This document shows, piece by piece, positions 1 through 9,761 of a DNA stretch of 55,418 nucleotides. Position numbers and translations under genes: made by a program. Origin of the DNA: Nitrospinota bacterium. Lineage in GTDB: Bacteria; UBA8248; JACPRG01; G963555815. The stretch's first letter is position 1. The number at the start of each line of letters is the position of its first letter. The notes beneath the pieces are model-generated. The model was not told the origin of the DNA, ran no database searches, and worked only from the letters and a program-made list of their open reading frames with translations. The DNA lies in assembly GCA_046758845.1 (NCBI GenBank), contig JBHIBA010000003.1, positions 1 through 55,418 of the forward strand, read 5' to 3'.

Positions 1-282
1 TGACTCACGATCTGGGCCGTCGGGGGGTGTCGTTGAGTCGGAGCTCTCTCTCCAGGGGGGCTTACGTGGCCCTCTCTTCGCCCCGGAGAGCTCCAGCGTA
101 ACTGGGACTGGGGGCTGGACGTCGTTCACGCCGGGCAAGATGGGAAGGGAGAGACTGTGATCGCCTTATCGAGGGTCTTCCCATCTTCCGCGAGCGGAAG
201 CCGGCAGGAGGTCGTCATGCCGGCAAATCGAGGCGCCACCTGGGGGCTGCGCGGATAATTCATCGGGTGATTCACATTCCCG

Positions 283-1107
283 TCAGGAGCCCATGCCCTT
301 GAGGAATTCCGTGACCAGCTTGACCGATTCCTCCGGGGCCTCGACCATCGTCGTGTGGGACAGGCCGGGCATGAGGACGAGGCGGGCGTTTTTGATCCGC
401 TCCGCGATACCGCGCGAACCGATGCCGGAAGGGCCGGGATCCACGGGCGTCATGATGTCCCGATCACCGGTGTAGACGAGGGTCGGCGCGGTGATCTTGT
501 CCAGATCCTCGGAGAGGTCCATGTCGATCATCGCCTGGCAGGCGCTCTTGAAGATTTCCACTTCGTTGTTTTTTTTGAGAATTGACCGGATGAATTCCAC
601 GGTCTCTGGGCCTTCGGGTCCGTCGAGATGCCTGTACGAACAGGCCTGAACCGCGCAAATCGATGCCAAGGCCAGCGAACCCATCCCCTCTCTGTCGGCC
701 ATCGAAGCGTGGGAACGAAAGTTAATCTTCGAGGCATAATCCAGCTTGGCCATGGCGCAGTTCAGGACGAGGCCGAGGACGCGCTGCGGATACTTGGCCG
801 CCAGCTTGATGGCAATCATGCCGCCCATGGAGGTTCCGTTGATGTGGGCCTTGTCGATCTTCAGATGGTCCAGGAGCCCCACGGCATCGTCCGCCCAGAC
901 TTCCATGTCGTATTTTTGAAGCGGCCTGTCGGACAGACCGTAGCCCCGCATGTCGTACCAGATGACCTGAAAATCTTTGGCCCAGAGGGGTGCGACCGGG
1001 GCGAAGTTGTCGTGGCCGAAGCCGGAGCCGTGGATCGTCAGCATCGGCTCTCCTTGCCCAAAGACCTCGTACCAGATTTTCGCTCCATGAATCGTGGCTT
1101 CAGGCAT
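283..1107 (-). CDS. alpha/beta fold hydrolase (enol-lactonase/PcaD-like)
   Basis: Oxyanion region IHGSG, YDMRGYG, nucleophile elbow GTSMGG, C-terminal D...H. Start moved to ATG 1107 because GGAGGGAG lies just upstream. Confidence 0.9.
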   Translation of the reverse strand: MPEATIHGAKIWYEVFGQGEPMLTIHGSGFGHDNFAPVAPLWAKDFQVIWYDMRGYGLSDRPLQKYDMEVWADDAVGLLDHLKIDKAHINGTSMGGMIAIKLAAKYPQRVLGLVLNCAMAKLDYASKINFRSHASMADREGMGSLALASICAVQACSYRHLDGPEGPETVEFIRSILKKNNEVEIFKSACQAMIDMDLSEDLDKITAPTLVYTGDRDIMTPVDPGPSGIGSRGIAERIKNARLVLMPGLSHTTMVEAPEESVKLVTEFLKGMGS

Positions 1108-1191
1108 AAAGGCTCTCCCTCCGGTTTGAGAACATAGATCCCCATTCCTCACGAGCCGCGTGGGCAGACTGCGCGCCCGACTGAAACCTGT

Positions 1192-3468
1192 TTAGACCTT
1201 TTGACCTTGGATGGCCTCGATCACCCGTTCCGCCGTTACTGGAATTTCAGTGACCTGGGTGCCGATGGCATCGAATACGGCGTTGGCGATAGCCGGAGCC
1301 GTGGGAACGATTCCCGGCTCGCCGACACCCTTTGCGCCATAGGGCCCGGTCGGCTCACCCTCTTCGACGAGCAAGGGCAAGATCTCCGGAGTGTCCATCG
1401 AAGTCGGGATTTCGTACTGGGCGAAGTCCGAGGTCAGCGTCCTTCCCGTCTCGGCGTCGAACACCACCTCCTCCATCATTCCGTAGCCGATGCCCTGGGT
1501 CACACCGCCTTGGACCTGTCCCTCGACCACGACGGGGTTCAGGGCCCTTCCCACGTCGTGAGCGGCAATGAGGTTGAGGAGCTCGACCTCCCCCGTTTCC
1601 GGGTCCACCTCGACTTCGGCGAACTGGGCCCCGAAGGGCGGGGCGTTCGTCGGGGGCGTGTAGTCGCTGCGGCCGACGAGTTCGTGGGGGTTCTCGCCGT
1701 ACTGGGCGTCAAAGGCGACCTCCCCGACAGAGATGCGCTTGTCCGGGGTGGATTTCACAATCACATCGCCGTCCACGATATCGAGGTCATGGAGAGAGGC
1801 TTCCAGCATTTTGGAGGCGTGTTCCAGAACGAGACGACGCGCATCCGCAGCGGCCATCTTCGATGCCATTCCGGCCACGTAGGCCTGGCGCGTCGCATAG
1901 GCCCCGTTGTCATAGGGCGAGACATCGGTGTCCACAACGCGATTGGTCTCTACGTTGTCCAGCGAGACGCCGAAAGTCTCGGCCGCAACTTGGGCCATGG
2001 TGGTCTCTGTCCCCTGGCCGGTATCGGAGATGCCCATGCCGAGCTGTATGCCGCCGTCCTCGAGCACCCGGACAGTCGCCGAAGAAGCTTCCAGGGCGAA
2101 GGGGGCCGCCCCGCTGGCGATGGTGAAAATCGCCGCTCCGACGCCGTGCAGTTTGCCGTCTGCCTGTTGTTTCTTCCCGCGTTTTTCATCCCAGCCGATG
2201 GCCTGGGCGCCCGCGTCGATGCATTTGCGGAGCTCGCACGAGGCGATGGCCCACTTGGTGCCTGGGTTTATGTCACCGGACTGGGCGTGGTTCTTCCGGC
2301 GGAGATCCAGCGGGTCGATGCCCATCTCCTTGGCAACGGAGTCCATGTGCAGTTCGCACGCATACGTCCCTTGCGGGACGCCGTAGCCGCGGAAGGCCCC
2401 CGCAATCGCCAAGTTTGTGTACACCGTTCGGCCCTCGAAAAGGAAATGGGGCGAACGATAGAGGGGGATCCACATCGCCCCCATATAGGCCGTGACGATG
2501 GGGCCGTGGCTGCTGAACGCGCCGGTGTTTCCGACGGCGTGGAGGTGGCGCGCCGTGATGGCGCCGTCTTTCCTGAGGCCGGTCTTCGACCTGAGGACGT
2601 AGGGGTGCCGGATCCGGGAGGAGCAGAACGTTTCCTCCCGCGTGTATTCCAGCTTCACGGGCCGGCCCGCCGCCTTGGAGAGGAGGGCGCACAGCGGCTC
2701 CTCCTGCATGTCCTGCTTGCACCCGAACCCCCCGCCTACGATAGGCTTGAGCACGCGGATCTTGCGCACGGGAATCCCGAGCGCGTCGTGAATCAGGCGG
2801 CGAAGGGTAAAGGGAATTTGCGTCGAGGACCAGACGGTCAGCTTGCCATTCGCCTCATGGTGGCAGAGGGCTGCAACGGGTTCCAGCATGGAGTGGGACT
2901 GACCGGGCACCTTGCACTCGGTCTCAAAGACGCAGTCGGCCTCGGCAAATCCTTTCTCCACGTCCCCTTCTTCCATCCGGACATAGCCCGCCGTGTTCTT
3001 TCCGTGCTCGAGATTCTCGTGGATGTCGGGCGCTCCCTCCGCGATGCTTTCCATGGGATCAAAAACCGCCGGAAGGACCTCGTAATCCACCTGAATGAGG
3101 TCGAGGGCCTCCATGGCGATGTCGTTGGAATCGGCGGCGACGGCGGCGACCTTGTCACCGACATAGCGCACCTTGTGATCGAGGATGAACTGGTCGCTGG
3201 GAGTGGGGTCCGGGGGCGGATGACCCGCCGTCGTGAATTGGTTCCGGGGGACGTCACCCGGGGTGATGACAGCACGCACCCCCGGGAGCTTGCGGGCTTT
3301 GGATGCGTCCACGTTCAGGATGCGGGCGTGGGCGTGAGGGCTTCGCAAGATTTTCCCGTACAACATTCCCGGCAGGGTCATGTCCACGGTGTACAAACCC
3401 GTTCCCACCGCCTTATCGGCGGCATCCTTCAGCGGGAGGCTGTGACCGACGACTTTCAGCTCTTCCAT
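1192..3468 (-). CDS. xanthine dehydrogenase family molybdopterin-binding subunit
   Basis: RSPHAHA, VGGGFGCKQ, AFRGYG, GQG, HDVGRALNP, KGVGEP motifs. Likely start MEELKVVG at 3468. Confidence 0.93.
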   Translation of the reverse strand: MEELKVVGHSLPLKDAADKAVGTGLYTVDMTLPGMLYGKILRSPHAHARILNVDASKARKLPGVRAVITPGDVPRNQFTTAGHPPPDPTPSDQFILDHKVRYVGDKVAAVAADSNDIAMEALDLIQVDYEVLPAVFDPMESIAEGAPDIHENLEHGKNTAGYVRMEEGDVEKGFAEADCVFETECKVPGQSHSMLEPVAALCHHEANGKLTVWSSTQIPFTLRRLIHDALGIPVRKIRVLKPIVGGGFGCKQDMQEEPLCALLSKAAGRPVKLEYTREETFCSSRIRHPYVLRSKTGLRKDGAITARHLHAVGNTGAFSSHGPIVTAYMGAMWIPLYRSPHFLFEGRTVYTNLAIAGAFRGYGVPQGTYACELHMDSVAKEMGIDPLDLRRKNHAQSGDINPGTKWAIASCELRKCIDAGAQAIGWDEKRGKKQQADGKLHGVGAAIFTIASGAAPFALEASSATVRVLEDGGIQLGMGISDTGQGTETTMAQVAAETFGVSLDNVETNRVVDTDVSPYDNGAYATRQAYVAGMASKMAAADARRLVLEHASKMLEASLHDLDIVDGDVIVKSTPDKRISVGEVAFDAQYGENPHELVGRSDYTPPTNAPPFGAQFAEVEVDPETGEVELLNLIAAHDVGRALNPVVVEGQVQGGVTQGIGYGMMEEVVFDAETGRTLTSDFAQYEIPTSMDTPEILPLLVEEGEPTGPYGAKGVGEPGIVPTAPAIANAVFDAIGTQVTEIPVTAERVIEAIQGQKV

Positions 3469-3661
3469 ACCGCTAAACCTCCTGAAAGGCTTGCACGGAT
3501 TCAACGAAGAAGGCCGAAGGATAAAGCGGCGCCGCGAATCTCGCGCACCCCCCCACGCTGTTCGAAGATGAGTGCAGGTCTACAGCCGCTGATTCCTTCG
3601 AGGCGGGAGTCCGCCGCGGGAAGGGTCAAATTCTGCCGCCTGTGCACGGCTCCCCCCATAA

Positions 3662-3763
3662 CTAACCAGTCCACCCGAGTGAACCGGATTCGTCAAAACT
3701 TTCCTTCGTCCGCTCAGTGACCTCACCGTTAAGCGTGAATTTGACCGTGTGCTCCTTCTTCAA
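3662..3763 (-). pseudogene. truncated N-terminus of a (2Fe-2S) small subunit
   Basis: My translation from TTG 3763 (GGAG upstream): MKKEHTVKFTLNGEVTERTKESFDESGSLGWTG*. The first ~17 aa resemble CoxS/XdhC N-termini (compare TITVRINGK in 5232..5705). No cysteine motifs remain. Confidence 0.45.
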
Positions 3764-3880
3764 TCCACTCTCCAATCGTACTTACGCTTCCCGGCTTGGG
3801 CCTGGTTGAGCATCCCCTTTTTTAAATTGCAAATGAGACGATAACACGAAATGAGATCCGGGATCACGAATTGACCGCCT

Positions 3881-5230
3881 CTAACAGGCCCGCTCAAGCA
3901 GCTTTCCGGTGCCGGATTTACCCGTGATCTCGCCATCGCGCATACAGACCTGCCCGCGCACCAGGGTCATTTCGGCCCACCCCTTGACGGTCTTTCCTTC
4001 CCAAGGCGTGCAATCGGAGATGTGGTTCAGGTCAGCCGCGCGGATGGTGACCTGACGCTCGGGGTCAACGATGACCACGTCCGCGTCCGACCCCGGGGCG
4101 ATGACACCCTTCTTGGGAAAGAGGCCGAACGTACGTGCGGGCGCCGTGGAGACCAGATCGACGAGCTTTTCGGCGGAAATTCGCCCGGCGCCTACGCCAT
4201 AGCTCAGCATGACCGGAAGGAGGGTCTCAAGCCCCGCGGAACCGACGATGGCATCCCAGAAGTTGGGCTTGTGTTTGATGGCGTCCGGGGCGTGGTCGGA
4301 GCCCACGACGTTGATGATGCCGTCCTGGACCGCCTTCCAGAGCGCCTCAGCGTCTTCGCGCGTCCTGAGCGGCGGGTTGCATTTGCCGAGCACCCGATCG
4401 GTGTCCTCGGCCGCCAGCGTCAGGTAGTGGGGGCACGTCTCCGCGACGACGCGTACGCCCTTGCGGCGGGCCTCCACCAGGATCTCGGGACCTTCCTTGA
4501 TGGTGATGTGGACAATGTACAGGGTGACCCCGGTGATCCGGGCGAAATAGCAGATCCGCGCCATCGCCTCCTCTTCGGTGAAGTTGGGGCGGACGTCTCG
4601 CCATTGGAAATCCTCCCGGCCCGAAGCCATCAGCTCATCCTTGATGAGGAAGATCGGCTCAATGTTTTCACAATGGACAAGGGCGATGGCCCGTTGCCCC
4701 AGGGCGGCGATGGCCTGCATCCCCTTCCAGATGATCCCGTCATCGGTGGGCTGAAGGGGTGGGACCGCCTCGGACCCCCGGTAGGGCATGAAGAACTTGA
4801 AGGAGGGGTAGCCCATTTGGGCGACTTTTGGGATTTCCTCTACGTGTTTGAGCGAGAAAATTACGGGGTGGAGGGTTGCGTCCGCAAAGGCGATCTCCTC
4901 CCACTTCGCCTTGCGGCGCCTGGCCCCTTCGACGAGGCTTCCGGGTTCGATCATCATGTGGACGTTTGTCGTCACGCCGCCTGAGACCGCGTTCGATGTA
5001 CACCGGATGCCCTCCTCAAGAGGCCAATCGGGCCAGTCCCAGTGGCAGTGCGCGTCTACGACCCCCGGCAGAAGCCACTTTCCGCCCGCATCGATGACCT
5101 GGGGCGCGGAGGGCGGGTCCGCGTCGGCTCCCAGCGCGGCGATCCGCTCGCCGGAAGTTCCGACCCACCCCTCAAAGCGGCCGTGGGCGTTGATGACGAC
5201 GGCGTTCTTGATGACGGTATCGAGCTTCAT
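3881..5230 (-). CDS. cyclic amidohydrolase (dihydropyrimidinase/allantoinase/dihydroorotase family)
   Basis: PGVVDAHCH metal motif, SFKFFM (carboxylated Lys position), VHCEN, IVHIT, ETCPHYL, NPPLR, GSDHAP. Confidence 0.9.
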   Translation of the reverse strand: MKLDTVIKNAVVINAHGRFEGWVGTSGERIAALGADADPPSAPQVIDAGGKWLLPGVVDAHCHWDWPDWPLEEGIRCTSNAVSGGVTTNVHMMIEPGSLVEGARRRKAKWEEIAFADATLHPVIFSLKHVEEIPKVAQMGYPSFKFFMPYRGSEAVPPLQPTDDGIIWKGMQAIAALGQRAIALVHCENIEPIFLIKDELMASGREDFQWRDVRPNFTEEEAMARICYFARITGVTLYIVHITIKEGPEILVEARRKGVRVVAETCPHYLTLAAEDTDRVLGKCNPPLRTREDAEALWKAVQDGIINVVGSDHAPDAIKHKPNFWDAIVGSAGLETLLPVMLSYGVGAGRISAEKLVDLVSTAPARTFGLFPKKGVIAPGSDADVVIVDPERQVTIRAADLNHISDCTPWEGKTVKGWAEMTLVRGQVCMRDGEITGKSGTGKLLERAC

Positions 5231-5231
5231 C

Positions 5232-5705
5232 TCACCCTCCTGCTTTCACGACGGCCGAAACCGCGTCAATGATCCCCGTGTATCCCGTGCAGCGGCAAAG
5301 ATTTCCCGAAATCGCCCCGCGGATCTCTTCCCGAGTCGGCCGAGGGTTGTCTCTCAAGAATTCCGTCAACGTCATGAGAAATCCCGGCGTGCAGAACCCG
5401 CATTGCAGCCCGTGGTGCTCCTGAAAGGATCTTTGAAGGGGATTCATGGACTCCGGCGTTCCGAGGCTTTCGACCGTCTGGACCTCCTGGCGCTCCGCCT
5501 GAACGGCGAACATCAGGCAGGAGCGTACGCCCCGCCCGCCCACGAGGACCGTACACGCGCCGCAGACGCCGTGTTCGCAGCCCACATGCGTCCCCGTGAG
5601 ACTCGCGTCCTCCCGAATGAAGTCGCACAGCAGCTTCCGCGTGGGGACGGCCGCCGTGTAATCCTTTCCGTTGATCCGGACGGTGATCGTCCTTTGCCGG
5701 GTCAT
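5232..5705 (-). CDS. Mo-hydroxylase (2Fe-2S) subunit, CoxS/CutS family
   Basis: GCEHGVCGACTV...SC, QCGFCTPG, GNLCRCTGY. Confidence 0.95.
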   Translation of the reverse strand: MTRQRTITVRINGKDYTAAVPTRKLLCDFIREDASLTGTHVGCEHGVCGACTVLVGGRGVRSCLMFAVQAERQEVQTVESLGTPESMNPLQRSFQEHHGLQCGFCTPGFLMTLTEFLRDNPRPTREEIRGAISGNLCRCTGYTGIIDAVSAVVKAGG

Positions 5706-6580
5706 TTCACGTTCGCTCCCGCATTCCGGAACGCCTCGGTGAGGGCCGACCGCGTCAGTTCCTCAACCAGGTCGCGGCGGAAGTCCGCCGAGGCGTGGAT
5801 GTCATCGTCCGGCTCGGCCTGTTCCCGCGCCAGCCTGGACGCCTCGCCGACGAGATGCGCCGAGGGCTTTCGCCCCATCAGGCAATCACACGCTTGCCGG
5901 GCCTTGATCGCCGCCGGCCCGACGCCCATCAGGGCCACACCAGCGTGCGTGCAAACGCCGTCCGCCAACGTCACGAGCGCCGCCGATCCCGCAATGGCAA
6001 AGTCGCCGCTGCGGCGCGCGAATTCCCGGAGGGCAAAACCCGAGCCGGGCGGGTGGATCGGAATCCGGAATCCGGAGAGCAGGTCGGTCGGCTCAAGGAG
6101 CGTCGTGAGGTAGGTGACGAAGAAATCCTCAGCCGCCTCTTCGCGGACTTCGCCCGCCGGGTTTCGGATCAGAACTTTTGCGTCGAGGGCGATAAGGGCC
6201 GCGGGGACCTCGCCCGCCGGGTCGTTGTGGGCGGCTCCCCCTCCGATGGTGCTCCGGTTTCGGATCTGGGCGTGGCCGATGCAGGAAGAGGCCAGCGCCA
6301 GCAATCCACATTTTTCCCGGACCAGCGGGGACTCCTCAAGGTCCCGGTCGCGGGTCATGGCCCCGATCTCCAGCCATTCCTCCCGCTGCCGGATGTGGGT
6401 CAACTCCTCCACCCGGTTCAGGTCGATCAGCGCAGCCGGCCGGACGAGCCGAAAGTTCATAAGGGGGATCAGGCTCTGGCCGCCCGCCAGGAGTTTCCCT
6501 CCCTCCCCGTGCTCGCGCAGGAGGTCCATCGTTTCCTCAACGGTCCGGGGATCGAAGTAATCGAAGGCGACCGGTTTCAT
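5702..6580 (-). CDS. Mo-hydroxylase FAD-binding subunit, CoxM/CutM family
   Basis: LAGGQSL, QIRNRSTIGG, HNDPAGE, RRSGDFA, DDIHASADFR; 4-bp overlaps with both neighbours. Confidence 0.95.
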   Translation of the reverse strand: MKPVAFDYFDPRTVEETMDLLREHGEGGKLLAGGQSLIPLMNFRLVRPAALIDLNRVEELTHIRQREEWLEIGAMTRDRDLEESPLVREKCGLLALASSCIGHAQIRNRSTIGGGAAHNDPAGEVPAALIALDAKVLIRNPAGEVREEAAEDFFVTYLTTLLEPTDLLSGFRIPIHPPGSGFALREFARRSGDFAIAGSAALVTLADGVCTHAGVALMGVGPAAIKARQACDCLMGRKPSAHLVGEASRLAREQAEPDDDIHASADFRRDLVEELTRSALTEAFRNAGANVK

Positions 6581-8925
6581 GGACTCTCCCTCCGCCTTCG
6601 TTGGAGGAGTTTGTGGAGCGCCCTCGGGCTGAGGGGGATCGAGTCGATCTCCACACCGAACTCAGACAGCGCATCCTCCACAGCTTGGGCGATGACGGTG
6701 GGCACCGGGATCGTTCCCCCCTCGCCGCAGCCCTTGACCCCGAGCGGGTTATTCGGCGAGGGGGTGGTGACGTGGTGGATTTCGGCTTCGGGAACCTCCG
6801 CGGCCGTGGGAACGCAGTAGTCCATCAGGCTCGCGGTCAGCAGCGCTCCGCTGTGCTCATCGTGCACGAGTTTTTCGTAGAAAGCGCCGCCGATTCCCTG
6901 GGCCAATCCCCCCCGCACCTGGCCTTCCACGATCATGGGGTTGATCATCTTTCCGCAATCGTGGACGACGACGTATTTCAGCACGCGAATGTCGCACAGG
7001 GCAGGATTGACCTCGACGATCGCAGCGTGCGTCCCGCTGGAGAAGGAGGCTGTCCGGGGAACGTGGAACTCCGTCGCCTCGAGGCCGGGCACGAAGTGGG
7101 AGGGGAGATTTCCGCGCAGCGGATTCGCCAGACGGGCCATCTCCGAAAAGGTGAGGCTCCTGGAAGGCGCGCCTTTGACGAATACCTTCCCATCCTTGAA
7201 CTCGAGGTTTTCGGCGCCGACCTCCAGGGCCTCAGACGCCAGCTTCCCCATCGTCTCCCGGACCTTCAGGGCCGCGTTGTGGATCGCTGTGCCCGCGACG
7301 ACGGCCGTTCTGGAGGCGTAGTTGCCGACCCCCCAGTGGAACTTGTCGGTGTCGCCGGTCGCAACGCGGATGCGCTTCGGGTCGATGCCGAGAACCTCTG
7401 CGGCGATCTGGGCGAAGGTGGTTTCGGCCCCTTGGCCAGTGGCACCGCTCCCGGTCCCCACGAAGACGTCTCCGGTGGGTTCCACGTAGACCTTGGCGCC
7501 TTCGTACGGGCCTATGCCGGTCCCCTCTACGTAATTGGCGATTCCGATCCCGACGTAGCGTCCCTCTTTCCGGTAGGAGGCCTTGCCCGATTTGCGGAAC
7601 GACTCGTAGCCGATTTTCTCCGCGGCGGTGCGCTGACAGGCGGGGTAATTCCCGCTGTCGTAGATGACGTCCGACGTGTCCTGATAGATCATCTGAACGT
7701 CCCAGGGGAACTCGTCCGGCTGGATCAGGTTCTTGGCCCGCAATTCCAGCGGGTCCATGTCGAGGGCCCTTGTGGCCGCGTCGAAGAGCCGCTCCATGAC
7801 GAAGACGGCCTGGGGGCGTCCCGCGCCCCGGTAAGGGGTCACGGTGATCCGGTTCGTGTAGACCGCCCGCAGGCGGGACCGATAGTTACGAAGGCGGTAA
7901 GGCCCGGGCAGGGTCGTGGACGTCACGATGCCCACGATCAGCCCGTAGGGGACGTAAGCCCCCGCATCCAGGAGGAATTCGTCCTTGACGCCGAGGAGAG
8001 TCCCGTCCTTCGCGAAGGCGATCTCGGCGTCGTGAACCTGGACCCGCTCCTGTGTGCTCGCGAGGAAGTGTTCCCGCCGGTCTTCGATCCACCTGAGGGG
8101 GCAACCCAGGCGAATCGAGCAGTAAGGAATGAGGATCTCTTCGGGGTAGAAGATAATCGCCTTGGGGCCGAAGCCGCCGCCCACGTCCGGCGCGATCAGG
8201 CGGACGTCGTGTTCGGGCAAACCGAGAATTTGGGCCAGCCCGGCCCGGAGGGGGACCGGCGCCTGCGTGGAATCGTAAACGGTGAGCTTGCCGTCCCTCG
8301 CGTCCCACTGGGCCAGGACCCCTCGCCCCTCCATCGCAATGGACGCCCCGCGGTCAATCACGAAGCGCTTTCGGATGACCACATCGGCTTCGGCGAAGGC
8401 CTTATCGGGATCGCCGACGGTTTGGACGAAGTCGGCTGCAACGTTGGTTCCCGTCCCCTCGTGGACAAGGGGGCCGCCCGCTGCCGCCGCCTCGACGTCC
8501 GTCACCGGGGGCAGGGGTTCGTAGTCAACCCGGATGAGTTCGAGAGCATCCTCCGCGGTGTAGCGATCCGCGGCGACCACGACGGCGACCGGCTCTCCTT
8601 CGTAGCGGGTCTTGCCGGCGGCCAGCGGGGAAGGGGTCTTGGGGTCCTTCAAGGAAGGGTGGGGGACCAGAAGGGGGAGCGGGCCGGCCAGATCGCCGAG
8701 GTCGCCGGCCGCCAACACCAGTCGGACGCCGTCGAGAGATCGGGCGGCCTGCGTCTCGATAGAGCGAATTCGTGCGTGGACGTGTGGACTTCGCAGGATA
8801 GCCGCGTGTAGACAGCCGGGCGGCTGGTAGTCGTCCACGTACCGTCCAGTGCCCGTAAGAAGGCGGGAATCTTCAAACCGAGGCTGGCTTTCCCCGAAAT
8901 AGCCCCTCGTCGTTGGACCCGTCAT
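6577..8925 (-). CDS. Mo-hydroxylase large subunit, CoxL-like (form II type, not a form I CO dehydrogenase)
   Basis: VGGGFGPK, active-site loop PYRGAGR (form I CODH has AYXCSFR), GQG, HDCGKMINP, KGCGEGG. Confidence 0.93.
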   Translation of the reverse strand: MTGPTTRGYFGESQPRFEDSRLLTGTGRYVDDYQPPGCLHAAILRSPHVHARIRSIETQAARSLDGVRLVLAAGDLGDLAGPLPLLVPHPSLKDPKTPSPLAAGKTRYEGEPVAVVVAADRYTAEDALELIRVDYEPLPPVTDVEAAAAGGPLVHEGTGTNVAADFVQTVGDPDKAFAEADVVIRKRFVIDRGASIAMEGRGVLAQWDARDGKLTVYDSTQAPVPLRAGLAQILGLPEHDVRLIAPDVGGGFGPKAIIFYPEEILIPYCSIRLGCPLRWIEDRREHFLASTQERVQVHDAEIAFAKDGTLLGVKDEFLLDAGAYVPYGLIVGIVTSTTLPGPYRLRNYRSRLRAVYTNRITVTPYRGAGRPQAVFVMERLFDAATRALDMDPLELRAKNLIQPDEFPWDVQMIYQDTSDVIYDSGNYPACQRTAAEKIGYESFRKSGKASYRKEGRYVGIGIANYVEGTGIGPYEGAKVYVEPTGDVFVGTGSGATGQGAETTFAQIAAEVLGIDPKRIRVATGDTDKFHWGVGNYASRTAVVAGTAIHNAALKVRETMGKLASEALEVGAENLEFKDGKVFVKGAPSRSLTFSEMARLANPLRGNLPSHFVPGLEATEFHVPRTASFSSGTHAAIVEVNPALCDIRVLKYVVVHDCGKMINPMIVEGQVRGGLAQGIGGAFYEKLVHDEHSGALLTASLMDYCVPTAAEVPEAEIHHVTTPSPNNPLGVKGCGEGGTIPVPTVIAQAVEDALSEFGVEIDSIPLSPRALHKLLQRRRRESP

Positions 8926-9383
8926 TCATTGCACCTCTACGCCATCTCAGTGCAGCCCTTCCCGATTCCAGAATTCGGCGATGGCGACCGTCTCCTCGGC
9001 AGGGAGGACGCTGCTGACGGGAAATAGTGGCGGCATTCAGGTTGTGAGTTTCAGGCTCGGCGGTGAAGGAGGCAAATCAACAACATAATAAAGAATAATC
9101 TAAGATTTTGCTATGAATTTGGAGCTGAAAGGGGGATTTCTAAGGTTATGCCACTCGTGAAGCTGCGGAGACGAATCACAGATAGCTTATCGAAATCTAT
9201 TTGCTCATGAAAGAAAACGCGTATACGGTCTTGTTTCCCTGGAGCAATGACCACATCCCGCCAGAAACCTTTTCTCCATCTATGCTCCATGGCGGCGCCT
9301 CCTTTCCCCCAGGTACCCCCAGGGTCTGGTTGAACACCAGGAAGGGTACACCGCCTTTTCCCTTTTTACACACCTTTAAATGC

Positions 9384-9431
9384 TACCCCCCCCAGGTTTG
9401 GTTCAATTGCTCTTAGGGCGTCCAGAACCTC
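9384..9431. repeat. 48-bp diverged repeat, second copy at 23996..24043
   Basis: 42/48 identical by manual alignment (core aggtttggttcaaYtgcYcttagRgcRtccagaacctc). Confidence 0.85.
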
Positions 9432-9461
9432 GATGCGATTTTGACGTGGCCCCCCCAAACT

Positions 9462-9680
9462 TCACCGCCGCCCCCGCCGCCTTTCCTGCATCGCTTTCGC
9501 GCGGGCCGAGAGCGCGGCGGCCTCCTCCCTCTTTCCGAGCTTCACGTAGAGCCCCGCTAGGTTGTTCAGGGTCTTGACGATGTTCGGGTGGTCTGGCCCT
9601 AGGGCTTTCTCTCTGATGGCCAGGGAGCGTTGCACCAAGGGAATCGCCTCCGCATACTGGTTGTTCTGGCCTCCGGTCAA
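9462..9680 (-). pseudogene. TPR protein fragment (kinesin light chain-like TPR)
   Basis: YAEAIPLVQRSLAIREKALGPDHPNIVKTLNNLAGLY is a typical TPR_10/12 unit; only ~1.5 repeats remain and there is no convincing start. Confidence 0.75.
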
Positions 9681-9761
9681 AACCCTGCCTTCATACCGAT
9701 CGCAAGCTGCGCTCTCGTCTTACACTCCTAGCGGTGAAAGTAGGAAGGAAACTGGGAGAAA

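Noticed and set aside
1201-3720. 839-aa plus-strand ORF
   Set aside because: Antisense shadow of the Xdh large subunit, expected from high-GC codon bias; no motifs.
6601-8811. 736-aa plus-strand ORF
   Set aside because: Antisense shadow of the CoxL-like gene.
6577-8925. Aerobic CO dehydrogenase call
   Set aside because: The loop is PYRGAGR rather than form I AYXCSFR, and there are no coxDEFG genes.
8947-9036. 29-codon minus-strand ORF upstream of the large subunit (possible leader peptide)
   Set aside because: No clear RBS, motif or attenuator; cannot be supported.
9115-9140. TTGGAGCTGAAAGGGGG as a degenerate tRNA-Ala att copy
   Set aside because: The match to the att core is too short and loose to distinguish from chance.
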